From assembly GCF_963921235.1 (NCBI RefSeq), contig NC_086097.1:196728001-196792000 (forward strand): a DNA stretch of 64,000 nt. The letters run 5' to 3'. A program made the translations under genes and the position numbers. The DNA is from Mobula hypostoma (Eukaryota). Position 1 is the stretch's first letter; each line of letters begins with the position of its first letter. Below, piece after piece: positions 23,301 through 34,834 of this stretch. Below the pieces are notes generated by a model. It searched no databases and was not told the origin of the DNA. It worked only from the letters and a program-made list of their open reading frames with translations.

Positions 23301-24608
23301 TCCCCACATGATCCAATATCAATCGATCATTTTGGTTATAAATCTGATTGATTTGAGATTTAACATAATTAGATTTCAATTGATTAGCCAGCAGCTTGCC
23401 AATTTTATCACTGTGAACATAAAAATCACTTCTTGTTTTCTTTAATTGGTTTACAATCGAGGACGAGAGTAGTAAACTGTGTTCCATTTGAAGTTCAGTT
23501 CTTTGTTTGTATAGCTCCTCAGAAGGAGCCATAACATATTTCTTATCAATTTCTTTAATCTTGTCCACAATTACCATCTCCTCCTGCTTCTGTTTCTTCC
23601 TCAAAGCAACGGAATACGAAATAATCTGACCCCGAATATAGGCTTTAAAAGTGTCCCAAAGAGTGTTAACCGAAATATCTTCTGTATGGTTAATTGTAAA
23701 AAAAAGCTCAATCTGTTCATTCATAAAATTAACAAAGTCCGAGTCCTGAAGCAACAGCGAATTAAAACGCCATTGTCTATTGTTTGGTATATTGGCCATA
23801 ATTTTAATAGAAAGCTTAAGTGGAGCATGATCCGAAATGGTTATAGAATCATAATCACATTTAATCACTGAAGGAATGAGACGAGAATCAATGAAAAAAT
23901 AATCAATTCTTGAATAGGAATGATGAACATGTGAAAAGAAGGAAAAATCTTTTTCCTGAGGATGCAGAAAACGCCAAATGTCCGTCGACCCAGAATCAGA
24001 AAGGAAAAAATTAATCAAATTTGCAGATTTATTAGGTAAAGTCCGTAAAGGAGCCGAACGGTCCAAAGCTGGAGATAAACAGGTATTAAGATCTCCGCCC
24101 CAAATCAATGAAAACTCGTTCAAATTCGGAAACTGATCAAACAATGATTTATAAAATTCCGGACAATCCATATTAGGAGCATAAACATTAACCAAAACTA
24201 CTTTTTTATTAAATAATAAACCACTAACCAATAAAAATCTACCATTCGGATCAGAGATAATATCCTGTTGTATAAAAGTAACTGAGGAGTCTATAAAAAT
24301 AGAGACGCCTCGAATCTTAGCATTGGAGTTCGAATGAAATTGTTGTCCCTTCCAAAATTTGAAAAAACGTAGTCTGTCCCCCCTCCGTACATGGGTCTCT
24401 TGTAAAAATAAAATTTGTGCTTTAAGTCTCCGGAACACTTTAAAAACTTTTTTCCTTTTAATAGGATGATTAAGACCATTAGTATTCCAGGAGACAAAAT
24501 TAATAATAGACTCCATAAATCCTAAAGTCAACCCATAACAAGGAGGATTGACAATAGGCGCGACCCACAGACCCGGAGAGGAAACAGAACATACAAAAGA
24601 TACCGGGG
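20383..24608 (-). mobile_element. L1-clade LINE, 5'-truncated just upstream of ORF2, with poly(A)-like tail and 12-bp TSD
   Basis: TSD ttctgttttctt at 20371-20382 and 24609-24620, uninterrupted ORF2, no ORF1. Confidence 0.92.
20740..24516 (-). CDS. L1 ORF2p: APE endonuclease, reverse transcriptase and C-terminal Cys-rich motif (1258 aa from ATG 24516)
   Basis: SWNTNGL, LQETH, GGDLN, SRIDYF and SDHAP (APE); SLDAEKAFD, GTRQGCPLSP and LYADD (RT); CDRC...HMFWSC. No internal stops. The ORF-track start at 24531 is a TTG. Confidence 0.93.
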   Translation of the reverse strand: MESIINFVSWNTNGLNHPIKRKKVFKVFRRLKAQILFLQETHVRRGDRLRFFKFWKGQQFHSNSNAKIRGVSIFIDSSVTFIQQDIISDPNGRFLLVSGLLFNKKVVLVNVYAPNMDCPEFYKSLFDQFPNLNEFSLIWGGDLNTCLSPALDRSAPLRTLPNKSANLINFFLSDSGSTDIWRFLHPQEKDFSFFSHVHHSYSRIDYFFIDSRLIPSVIKCDYDSITISDHAPLKLSIKIMANIPNNRQWRFNSLLLQDSDFVNFMNEQIELFFTINHTEDISVNTLWDTFKAYIRGQIISYSVALRKKQKQEEMVIVDKIKEIDKKYVMAPSEELYKQRTELQMEHSLLLSSSIVNQLKKTRSDFYVHSDKIGKLLANQLKSNYVKSQINQIYNQNDRLILDHVGINQTFCDFYSSLYQSESPRDSKYMNDFLDKLDFPLISQDMSSLLDTSITMDEIKNVIFSMNLGKAPGPDGFTVEFYKCFASLLIPWLYKVFEASLKLGKLPESFNRASISLILKKDKDPAQCASYRPISLLNVDSKVFSKLLANRLEKVLPSIISEDQTGFIKGRYSFYNIRTLLNIVYTPSQNVPECVISLDAEKAFDRVEWPYLFKVLEMFNFSLKFISWIKLLYYSPVASVRTNSLNSPFFPLFRGTRQGCPLSPLLFDIALEPLAIAIRESLNITGITRGLKSHKLSLYADDLLLYISNPERSIPAVLELLAQFGLFSGYKLNLSKSELFPINKHLPLYYKFPFKLINNYFSYLGIKITCKHKDLFKTNFLPLIDHITQLSSKWFPLYLTLIGRINAVKMFFLPKFLYVFQALPIFVPKSFFDKVDSKISSFIWQNKNPRLGKIHLQKAKRDGGLALPNFRFYYWAINIRHMKFWLLDRDILFIPKWVALELQSVQGYTLGSILGSSLPFDSKRLKQVSNPIVKYALRIWFQFRKFFDLNQFGLAIPILGNIFFPPSFTDRAFQTWKTKGILRFLDLFLDGSLMSFEQLSNKYNLSRIHFFRYLQVRNFLSTILTSFPMLPPIYILDSIINLNPCQKGASAMIYNIIMKLRKAPFDKIRVDWEQELGLTISVDDWGQILQLVNTSSICAKHSLIQFKVVHRAHMSKDKLARFYSHINPFCDRCSGQIASLTHMFWSCPTLETFWRDIFNIISKVLNIDISPHPITAIFGLPKISSNLSPSARRMIAFLTLMAKRCILQHWKELNAPTTFFWFSQTILCLNLEKIRSNLYDSSFKFEQIWGPFIRYFHLM

Positions 24609-25909
24609 TTCTGTTTTCTTAAAAGGGAACTGCATTCACGAGCCAAGTCTGCTATTTGAGGTTCGTCAATTTTGAGTATCAACACCTTAAAGCAATGCTG
24701 TTTACTAAAGTACCGATCATCATCTGGTGTAACCTCCTTTGCTTGACTGTTAGTGACTATGACTTCAGAGGCCTTGATTACAAATTTGTGGAATCTTCTC
24801 CTTTCACCACTGATTTGACCTTTTTTCTTATCCTTTGAGACCCACCCCCCACTTAAAGCCAATTTCTCTGACGAAGCTTTAGGTCACTGCTACTGGCATA
24901 TCCACTGTTTGTCATCTTTTTTATAAACAGACCACTGTGCGATACTGAGGAACCGTTTTCAATACAGCCCATATTTTATAAATGACAGCTGTTTCTTCTT
25001 GCATATTACATTTGAACCATTATTTCCAAGTTTAGTCCACAATCAAAATTGTCATACTCTGCCAAAAGAAACAAGGCTGCATCATATTTATTTTGTAATT
25101 TCAGTGAACTTGGATAAATAATTAAATGGGTAGCATAAGATATATCCACTTAGTTCAACAACCGTTCAACTTGCATAACAGACAACATAACATAGAATGA
25201 AAAGAAAATGAGCAAAATTAAATATCCAATTTTGTTCCACCCAAAGCACAAACCCTTAATCCTTCATCAGGTATCTCTTAAATCTCTTCAATTTTCAAAG
25301 CACAATGATATTCCTTTTCAAAATTCTCAATAGGCCATGCACAATCTGGAAAAACAGAAGCATAGTTAACATTTCAGGTTAGTGGACATGCATTCGAATG
25401 GTTCTAATGAAATGTTGATCATTGACCTTTATGTCTGCATGATCTATTGAGAATTTTTTAAAAGAATTTTTTCTCTTCAAATTTTATCGGGTCTGCTGAG
25501 TATTTTCAATATTGTCCACTTTTGTAGTTCAGATTTCTAGTATTTGCCATATTTCGCTTTTTGGCTAACATTTGATTTAAGGTAGGATAACTAAAACTAT
25601 CATATAATTCCCCAAAACATTGTGGGAGTCGCATTACGACAAGGACTGTAAAAGTTCAAAGCTTATAAATCCACTGGCAAACCTAACAGAAATGGTCAAT
25701 AAATATAAGAACACAAGAAAATAGTAGTACAGGAGGTTTTCTGGTGATCCAACCTCCTGGGATAGGTATTTGATAGATTCACTACCTCCTGAAAAGAAAT
25801 TTCCATGCCGCTACATTTTAAATAATCACACCCCTATCTCCCAGCATTTGAGACTCTCCAAGCAGTGAAAACATCTCAACATCGATCCTGTCAAGGCCCC
25901 TCAGGATTT

Positions 25910-26379
25910 TATAATCAGTGGCCATTTTATTAGGTGCACCTGTACACTTGCTTGTTAATGCAAATATCTAATCAGCCAACTCTATGCATAAAAGCAAGCA
26001 GACCAAACATCAGAATTGGGAAGAAATATTATTGAAGTGACTTTGTGGGATGATTGTTGGTGCCAGATGGTGGCTTGAGTATCTCAGAAACTGCTGGTCT
26101 GGGATTTTCATGCCGAATAGTCTCTTGAGATTTACAGTGAATGGCGAGAAAAACAAAAAAACTTCATAAGATCAGCAATTCTGTGGCTGAAAATGCCTTG
26201 TTAATGAAAGAGTTTAGAAGAGAATGCACAGACTGTTTCAAAATAACTGGAAGGCTACAGTAACTCAAATAGCCATGTGTTATAACAGTGGGGTGCAGAA
26301 GAGCACCTCTCAACGCAACCTTGGGTTACAACAGCAGAAGACCATTAGGAGGTACTTAATAAAGTGACGACTGAATTTA
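25910..26379 (+). mobile_element. Tc1/mariner-derived non-autonomous element with transposase N-terminal remnant
   Basis: TIR-like tcagtggccattttattaggtgcacct ... aggtacttaataaagtgacgactga; the interior has GMIVGAR / LSISETA paired-HTH remnants. Confidence 0.7.
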
Positions 26380-26569
26380 CATGTATTATTCTTCTAAACT
26401 CTAAAGAACAAGACCCAAACTGTTCAGTCTCTCATGATAGGGCAATCTTCTCATCCCTGGAATTAGCCTGGTGGATCTCCTGTGGACTGCTTCCAATGCT
26501 ACTATATATATTTTTTTAGGTCAGGGGCCTGATCTGTTTGTAGGACTTGATTAGAATTAGAACTGGAAT

Positions 26570-28058
26570 TGATTAGATAGCTAAAGGTAAAAGAACCTTT
26601 CGGGGAAAGTGGTGATAGTATCATCAAATTCACCCTGAAATTTGAGACGGAGAAGCTGAAGTCAGATGTATCAGTATTAGACTGGACTAAAGGGAATTAC
26701 AGAAGCATGAGAGAGGAGTTGGCCAGAACTGATTGGAAAAGAACACTGGCAAGGATGACGGCAGAGCTGCACTGTCTGGAATTTCTGCAAGGAATTCAGA
26801 AGGCACAGGATATATACATCCCAAAGAGGAAGAAGTATTCTAAAGGGAAGATGACACAACTGTGGTCAACAAGAGAAATCAAAGCCAACGTAAACACCAA
26901 AGGGAGGGCATATAATAGAGCAAAAATTAGTTGGAAGTTAGAGGATTGGGAAGTTTTTAAATAACAACAGAAGGCAACTAAAAAAGTCATTAAGAAGGTA
27001 AAGATGGAATATGAAAGTAGGCTAGCCAATACGATTAAAGAGGATACCAAAAGTTTCTTCAGATACATAAAGTGTAAAAGGGAGGTGAGAGTGGATATCG
27101 GACTTCTGGAAAATGATGCTGAAAAGGTAATAATGGGGGACAATAAAATGGCAGATGAACTGAAGAAGTATTTTGCATCAGTCTTCACTGTGGAAGACAC
27201 TAGCAATATGATGGAAGTTCCAGGTATTAAGGGTCATGAAGTATGGGAGAAAGTTCTTGAGAAACTTAAAGGTCTGAAGGTAGATAAGTCACCTGGATCA
27301 GATGGTGTACACCCCAGGGGTTTTGAAAGAGGTGGCTGAAGAGATCATGGAGGCACTAGTAATGATTTTTCAAGAATCACTAGATTCTGGAATACTTCCA
27401 GAAGACTGGAAAATTGTCATGTCACTGCACTGTTCACTCTTCAAGAAGGGACAGAGGCAAAAGAAAGGAAATTATAGGTCACTTGGTCTGACCTCAGTGG
27501 TTGGGAAGATGTTGGAGTTGATTGTTAAGGATGTGGTTTTGAGTACTTGGAGGCACATGATAAAATAGGCCCCAGTCAGCACGGTTTCCTCTAGGGTAAA
27601 TCTTGCCTGACAAATCTGTTAGGAATCGTAGAAGAAATAACAAGCAGGATAGACAAAGGAGAATCATTTGATGTGTACTTGGATTTTCAGGAGGCATTTG
27701 ACAAGGTGCACGCATGAGGCTGCTTAATAAGTTATGAACCCGTAGTATTACAGGAAAGATTCCAGCATGGCAGAAAGCAAAGTGTGGGAATAAAGGAAGC
27801 CTTTTCTGGTTGGTTGCTGGGACTAGTGGTGTTCCACAGGGGTCTGTGTTGGGACCAATTCTTTGTACATTATATGTCAATGCTTTGGATAATGGCTTTG
27901 TTGCAAAGTTTGCAGATGATACAAAGATGCGTGGAGGGATAGAAAGTTTCAAGGGAGTGGAAAGGCTACTGAAAGACTTAAACAGATTAGGAGAATGGGC
28001 AAATCTATGGAATTCGTTGCCAAAGGCAGCTGTGGAGATCAAGTCTTCACATATATTT
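26570..28058 (+). mobile_element. CR1 LINE ORF2 fragment, decayed, with internal deletions
   Basis: KSFFRYIK, VDKSPGSDG, GVPQGSVLGP, KFADDTK. Confidence 0.85.
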
Positions 28059-28377
28059 CAATAGTCCCATTTAATATCAGAGTATATATACAACATACAA
28101 TCTGAAATTCTTACTCCCCGCAGACATCCTCAAAACAGAAGGAAAAAACCCAAAGAATGAATGACAGAAAAAAGGCATAAGAACCCAAAAGCCTCCTATC
28201 CCCCTCCCACACACAAGTGGTAATAAGCAGCATCTACCCTCCCCTGCCCCAAATTATGCTAGCATAAAGCATTAGCATTCTTACCACCCACTATGCAAGG
28301 AACAGCAAAGCCCACAAAGAGAGACCATGGTTCACATGCCAGCAAAAACTAACTTCACTTCAATCAAATAGTGAAAG

Positions 28378-29068
28378 TGGACATTTCAGATCAAGACCCT
28401 TCATCAGAACTGGAGAAAAAAGATGAGAAGTCAGAGTACAAACAACAGAAGTTAGTGTAAGATGTGGGGGAAGGGGGAGGAAGATATAAAAGGTAGTAGG
28501 GGATAGGTAAAATTTGGATGGGTGAAATAAAGATCTGGGAAGTCAACCAGTGAAAGAAATAAAGGGCTGGAGAAGGGGGAATCTGATAGGAGAGGACAGA
28601 AGGCTATAGAAGGGAAGGGGTTGGAGCAACAAAGGGAAGTGATGGGCAGGTAAGGAGATGAGGTGAGAGAGGGAAATGGGAATGGGGAATGGTGAGGTGG
28701 GGGGACACCATTACCAGAAATTTGAGAAACTGATGTTCATCTACCTCAGCATTCCCCATTCCCATTTTCTTTTCTCACCTCGTCTCCTTACTTGCGCATC
28801 ACCTCCCTCTGGTGCTCCTCTCCCTTCCTTTACTTCCATGGCCTTCTATCCTCTCCTATCTTATTTCCCCTTCTCCAGCCCTTTATCTCTTTCACCAATC
28901 AATTTTCTAGATCTTTACTTCACCTTTCTCCCTGTCCCAGTTTCACTTGTCACTTACTACTTTGTATTTCTTCCTCCCTTCCCTCCACCTTCCTACACTG
29001 ACTTCTTATCTTTTCCCTCCAGTGCTGATGAAAGGCCTCAGTCCACAACGTTGACTATTTACTCTTTT
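28378..29068. mobile_element. Inverted pair of Penelope-like 3'/terminal repeats (- arm ~28378-28740, + arm ~28750-29068; + arm continues at 31979)
   Basis: The purine-rich arm is the reverse complement of the pyrimidine-rich arm. Each has a hammerhead-like core at its outer end. Confidence 0.75.
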
Positions 29069-31978
29069 CATAGAAACATAGAAAACTTACAGCACAATAC
29101 AGGCCCATCGGTCCACAAAGCTGTGCCGAACATGTCCTTACCCGAGAACTACCTAGGCTTTACCCATAACCCTCTATTTTTCTAAGCTCCATGTAGCCAT
29201 CCAAGAGTCTCTTAAAAGACCCTATCGTTTCTGCCTCCACCATCACCACCAGCAGCCCATTCCACGCACTCACCATTCTGTGCGTAAAAAAACTTACCCC
29301 TGACATCTCCTCTGTAACTACTTCCAAGCACCATAAAACTATGCCCTCTGTGCTAGCCATTTCAGCCCTGGGGAAAGCCTTTGACTAGCCACATGATCAA
29401 TGCCTCTCATTATCTTGTACACCTCTATCAAGTCACCTGTCATCCTCCGTCGCTCCAAGGAGAAAAGGCCGAGTTCACTCAACCTATTCTCATAAGGTAT
29501 GCTCCCCAATCCAGGCAACATCCTTGTAAATCTCCTCTGCACCCTTTTGTATGGTTTCCACGTCCTTCCTACAGTGATGCGACCAGAATTGAGCACAGTA
29601 ATCCCAAGTGGGGTCTGACCAGGGTCCTATATAGCTGCAACATTACCTCTTGGCTCCTAAACTTAATCCCACGATTGATGAAGGCCAATGCACTGCATGC
29701 CTCCTTAACCACAGAGTCAACCTGTGTAGAAGCTTTGAGTGTCCTATGGACTCGGACCCCAAGATCCCTCTGATCCTCCACACTGCCAAGAGTCTTACCA
29801 TTAATTCTATATTCTGTCATCATATTTGACCTACCAAAATGAACACCTCACACTTATCTGGGTTGAACTCCATCTGCCACTTCTTAGCCCAGTTTTGCAT
29901 CCTATCAATGTCCCGTTGTAACCTCTGACAGTCCTCCACACTATCCACAACACCCCCTACCTTTGTGTCATCAGCAAATTCACTAACCCATCCCTCCACT
30001 TCCTCATCCAGGTCATTTATAAAAATCACAAAGAGTAGGGGTCCCAGAACAGATCCCTGAGGCACACCACTGGTCACCGACCTCCATGCAGAATATGACC
30101 TGTCTACAATCACACTTTGCCTTCTGGATCCACGAAGCAATGTCCCCTTGGATCCCGTGCCTCCTTACTTTCTCAATAAGCCTTGCATGGGGTACCTTAT
30201 CAAATGCCTTGCTAAAATACATACACACTACCTCTACGGCTCTACCTTCATCAATGTGCTTAGTCATATCCTCAAAAAATTCAATCAGGCTCGTAAGGCA
30301 CGACCTGCCTTTGACAAATCCATGCTGACTATTCCTAATCATATTATGCCTCTCCAAATGTTCATAAATCCTGCCTCTCAGGATCTTCTCCATCAACGTA
30401 CCAACCACTGAAGTAAGACTCACTGGTCTATAATTTCCTGGCTATCCCTATTCCCTTTCTTGAATAAGGGAACAACATCCGCAACCCTCCAATTCTCCGG
30501 AACCTCTCCCGTCCCCATTAATGATGCAAAGAGATGATGACACCAGAGGCTCAGAAATCTCCTCCCTTGCTTCCCACAGTAGCCCGGGGTACATCCCGTC
30601 TGGTCCCAGTGACTTATCCAACTTGATACCTTCCAAAAGCTCCAGCACATCCTCTTTCTTAATATCTACATTCTCAAGCTTTTCAGTCCACTGCAAGTCA
30701 TCCCTACAATCGCCAAGATCCTTTTCCATAGTGAATACTGAAGCAAAGTATTCATTAAGTACCTCCACTATTTCCTCCGGTTCCATACACACCTTCCCAC
30801 TGTCACACTTGATTGGTCCTGTTCTCTCATATCTTATCCTCTTGCTCTTCACATACTTGTAAATGTCTTGGGGTTTTCCTTAATCCTTTCTGCTAAGGCC
30901 CTCTCATGGCCTCTTCTGGCTCTCCTAATTTCCTTCTTAAACTCCTTCCTGCTAGCATAATCTTCTAGATTCCTATCATTACCTAGTTTTTTGAACCTTT
31001 CGTAAGCTCTTCTTTTCTTCTTGACTTGATTTACAACAGCCTTTGTGCACCATGGATCTTGTACACTACCATCCTTTCCATGTCTCATTGGAATGTACCT
31101 ACTCAGAACCCCACGCAAATATCCCCTGAACATTTGCCACATTAATTCCACATGTTTCCCTGAGAACATCTGTTTCCAATTTATGCTTCCAAGTTCCTTC
31201 CTGATAGGCTCATTGTTCCCCTTACTCCAATTAAACATTTCCCTAACTTGTCTGTTCCTATCCCTCTCCAATGCTATGGTAAAGGAGATAGAATTGTGAT
31301 CACTATCTTCAAAATGCTGTCCCACTGCGAGACCTGACACCTGACCAGGTTCGTTTCCCAATACCAGATCAAGTACGGCCTCCTCTCTAGTAGGCTTATC
31401 TACTTATTGTGTCAAGAAACCTTCCTGAACATACCTAATAAACTCCACCCCATCTAAACCCCTCACTCTAGGGAGATGCCAATCAATATTTGGGAAATTC
31501 AAATCTCCCACCTCAACAACCCTGTTATTATTACTCCTTTCCAGAATTTGTCTCTCTATCTGCTCCTCAATGTCCATATTACTATCGGGTGGTCTATAAA
31601 AAACACCCAGTAGAGTTATTGACCCTTTCCTATGCCTAACATCCACCCACAGAGACTCCGTAGACAACCCCTCCATGACTTCCTCCTTTTCTACAGCCGT
31701 GACACTAACTCTGATCAACAGTGCCACGCCCCACATCTTTTGCCTCCCTCCCCTATCCTTTCTGAAACATCTGAAGCCTGGCACTTGAAGTAGCCATTCC
31801 TGCCCCTGCACCATCCAAGTCTCTGTAATGGCCACAACATCATAGCTTCAATTGCTGATCCACGCTCTAAGCTCATCCACTTTATTCATGATACTCCTTG
31901 CATTAAGATAGACACGCCTCAAACCATCAGATTGAGTGCGTCCCTTCTCTATCACCTGCCTATCCTCCCTTTCGCACT
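29069..31978 (-). mobile_element. CR1 LINE covering all of ORF2 (frameshifted), inserted into the PLE terminal repeat
   Basis: ORFs from 31404-31835 (APE) to 29160-29360; catagaaa tail. Confidence 0.92.
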
Positions 31979-32790
31979 TTCCATTGATGCTCTCTGGCCT
32001 GCTGAGTTCCTCCAGTATTTTGTGTGTGTTGCTAGATTTCCAGTATCCACAGATTTTCTCTTGTTTGTTCACTCTAATATTTCAACATCCCACAGGCTAT
32101 CTCTCTCACTAACAAGGGAGGGACAGATATCACTCCTTCCACAGCGGCAGGAGAGACAACAGTTACTATTTCAGTCTGAAGCACTGCTTTTTATTTCAAG
32201 CTCCCTGACTCAAAAATCAGCAAATTGATTACTGAGTGCAGAGCCCTCTATAGCCACTCTCGCTGTTTTCAATGTTCCATCTCCTGCTATACTTAAGTAC
32301 ATGACACCGACAAGAATTCATGTCCTCAGAACCGCACAGGCCTCGAAGTTACCCAGCTTCAGGTCAAACCTGGACATGCCAAAATGAGGCCAATTGGCGA
32401 GCTCCGAGAACGGGAACTCACCATCATGCAGAACTGCAGTGTCTAAGTGCCACTATCGATCAAAGACCCCGATAGGACCTCAGTCGAAAAAGGAAAGTAG
32501 AGATATTAGAATGGGAAGAATTTAACTTTTATGTTGATAAGCTGGGAGAAGTCGCCCTCTGGTGCCATCTTTGGGTTGATAGATTCTTGATTGGTCAGGG
32601 CATGAAAGGATATGTGGGGGGGGCAGCGGGTGTTGAGAAGGAAGGTAGAAGATTGGGATTGAGAGGAAAAATGGATCAGCCATGATGAAATGGCAGAGCA
32701 AACTTGATGGGCCAAAAATCTTCATTCTGCTCCTATATCTTGCAGTCTATGGTCTTATCCGTGAAGTTACTAACTGTACCTTCTACATTC
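31979..32790 (+). repeat. Composite duplicated module, copy A (paralogue at ~58600-59010 + ~62339-62790)
   Basis: Colinear by-eye similarity, e.g. ctctctcactaacaagggagggacagatatcactc, aacctggacatgccaaaatgaggc and gtgaagttactaac occur in both copies. Confidence 0.9.
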
Positions 32791-33039
32791 TCATCCAAAT
32801 TATTGATAATAAATGACAAGTAACAATGGGCCCAGCTCCGACCCCTAGGGAACACGACGAGACACAGTCCTTCAGTTCAAAATGCAACCGTCCACCATAA
32901 CCCTGTTTCCCGCCATCAAGCCAATTGTATATCCAGTTATCTAATTTTAATTCTCTCTCAATTGTCCATTAATTCTCCTTTGAATACTTTGTCTCATTTA
33001 CAGCACATTATTAAACTACGGTTTTCAAATATCAAAACT

Positions 33040-34205
33040 TCAAAGTTCCCGAAGTAAATTTATTATCAAAGTACATATATGTTACTATATACAACCCTGA
33101 GACTCATTTTCTTGTGAACATTCTCAGTAGGTACAAAGAAAGGCAATAGAATCAATGAAAAATTACATACAACCAATGTGCAAAAGACAACAAACTGTGC
33201 AAGTACAAAAGTGAAAAAAAACATAATCAATAAATATCAAGAACATGTGTTGTAGAGTCCTTGAAATTGAGTCTAGAGGTAGTGGAATCAGTTCAGGGTT
33301 AGGGTGAGTGAAGTTATCTCCTCTGGTCCAAGAGCCTGATGGTTGAGGGGTAATAACTGTTACTGAACCTGGTGGTGTGGGTCCTGAGGCTCCTGTACTT
33401 CCTTCCTGATGGCAGCAGTGATAAGAGAGCATAACCTCGATGATGGGGTCCTCGATGATGGATGCTGCTGTCCTGCGACAACACTCCATATAGATGTGCT
33501 CAATGGTGGGGAGGGTTTTACCCATGATGGACTGAGTTATATCCACTACTTTTTGTAGGGTTTTCCATTCAAGGGCATTGGTCCATACCAGACCATGATG
33601 CAACCAGTCAATATATTCCCCACCATACATCTATGGAAGTTTGCCAGAGTTTTGGATGACGTTCCTAATCTTTGCAAACTTTTAAGAAAGTAGAGGCACT
33701 TGTGTGCCTTCTTTGAAATGGTACTTAAGTACTGATCCTAGGACAAATTCTCTGAAATTATAATGCCAAGCAATTTAAAGTTGCTGACCCTCTCCACCTC
33801 ATGTCATTTGATAAGGACAGGCTCATGGATCTCCAGTTTCCTCCTAATAAGCAGCTCTTTGGTTTTGCTGACATTGAGTACGAGGTTGTTGTTGTGGCAC
33901 AATTCAGCCAGATTTTCAATCGCCCTCCAGTATACTGATATACAGCATACAGCCAACAACAGCGATGCATCAAGAAATGTAAATATAGTATTGGAGCTGT
34001 ACAGCCTCAAACTCACAAGTATAAAATGAGTAGAGCGGGGGGCTAAGCACACCGCTTTGTAGCGCACCTGTGCTGATGGTGATTGTGGAGGAGATGTTGT
34101 AGCCAATCCAATCTGACTAGTGTCTGCAGTTGAGGAAATCAAGGATCTAGTTGCACAAGGAGGTATTGAGGCTCAGATCTTGGAGTTTATTGATTAGTTT
34201 TGAGG
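33040..34205 (-). mobile_element. Rex1/Babar LINE 3' fragment
   Basis: NNNLVLNVSKTKELLI; LQKVVD...TLPTIEHIYMECCRR. Confidence 0.8.
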
Positions 34206-34514
34206 CAATGATACAGGAGTAGAGCACACACAGGAAATCTGCAGTAAGAGGATATACAAACTCCATGCAGATAGCTGTGAGACAGTAGCACTAATCATGT
34301 GACCTACTGTCGAATGGGACTTAATGATATCCCCAAGCACCTGCTGCCTTTGTTTTTCCAGGTGATGGTAGTCTTGCGTCTGAGAGATCAATTAATTTAT
34401 TTATTTAACCAGCAGTTTATATTTTTAAGAGACACCTACCATCTTCATCTTGTACCTACCCTGTCTATCCCTATTTGATTTATACTCTAGAAATAAAATG
34501 CACAATTCAAATGA

Positions 34515-34790
34515 AGTACAGGAAGAAATCAGCAAGTCAGGCAGCATCTATGGAGGGGAATAAACGTTTAATGTTTCAGACTGATACCCTTCATCAGGAC
34601 TGAAAAGTAGGTTGAAGAAGCCAGAATTAGAACGTGGGGGAAAAGGAAGGAGTACATGCTGGCAGGTGATGGGTGAAACCAGGTGTGGAGAAAGGTATTG
34701 CTCCTCCAACTTGATTGTGGCTTCATCGGGGCAGTAGGGAAGACCATGTTGGAATAGGAATAGTGAGTTGAATTGAAAGGGTATCCACTG
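34515..34790 (-). mobile_element. Penelope-like fragment with hammerhead core
   Basis: HGLPYCPDEATIKLEEQYL; minus-strand cagtc-CTGATGA-agggtatcagtct-GAAAC at 34573-34602. Confidence 0.75.
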
Positions 34791-34834
34791 TGAAATTGTG
34801 CTCAATGAAGTGGTCCTCCTATCTCTTGGTTGGA

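Larger units (their letters stand above)
15505..24960 (-). mobile_element. Long decayed Rex1/Babar LINE in three pieces (~15505-17472, ~19756-20382, ~24609-24960) hosting nested insertions
   Basis: APE N-terminal remnants (ILLVNEQSLEN...RDCCALCFT-TWL; VVYIPPQAN), RT remnants (15940-16332) and a C-terminal HTGHALFSLPPSRKRYRS. The reading continues across the inserts. Confidence 0.75.

Noticed and set aside
24500..24862. 120-aa minus ORF directly upstream of L1 ORF2, as a candidate ORF1
   Set aside because: It crosses the TSD at 24609-24620; most of it is the 5' region of the host Rex1 element.
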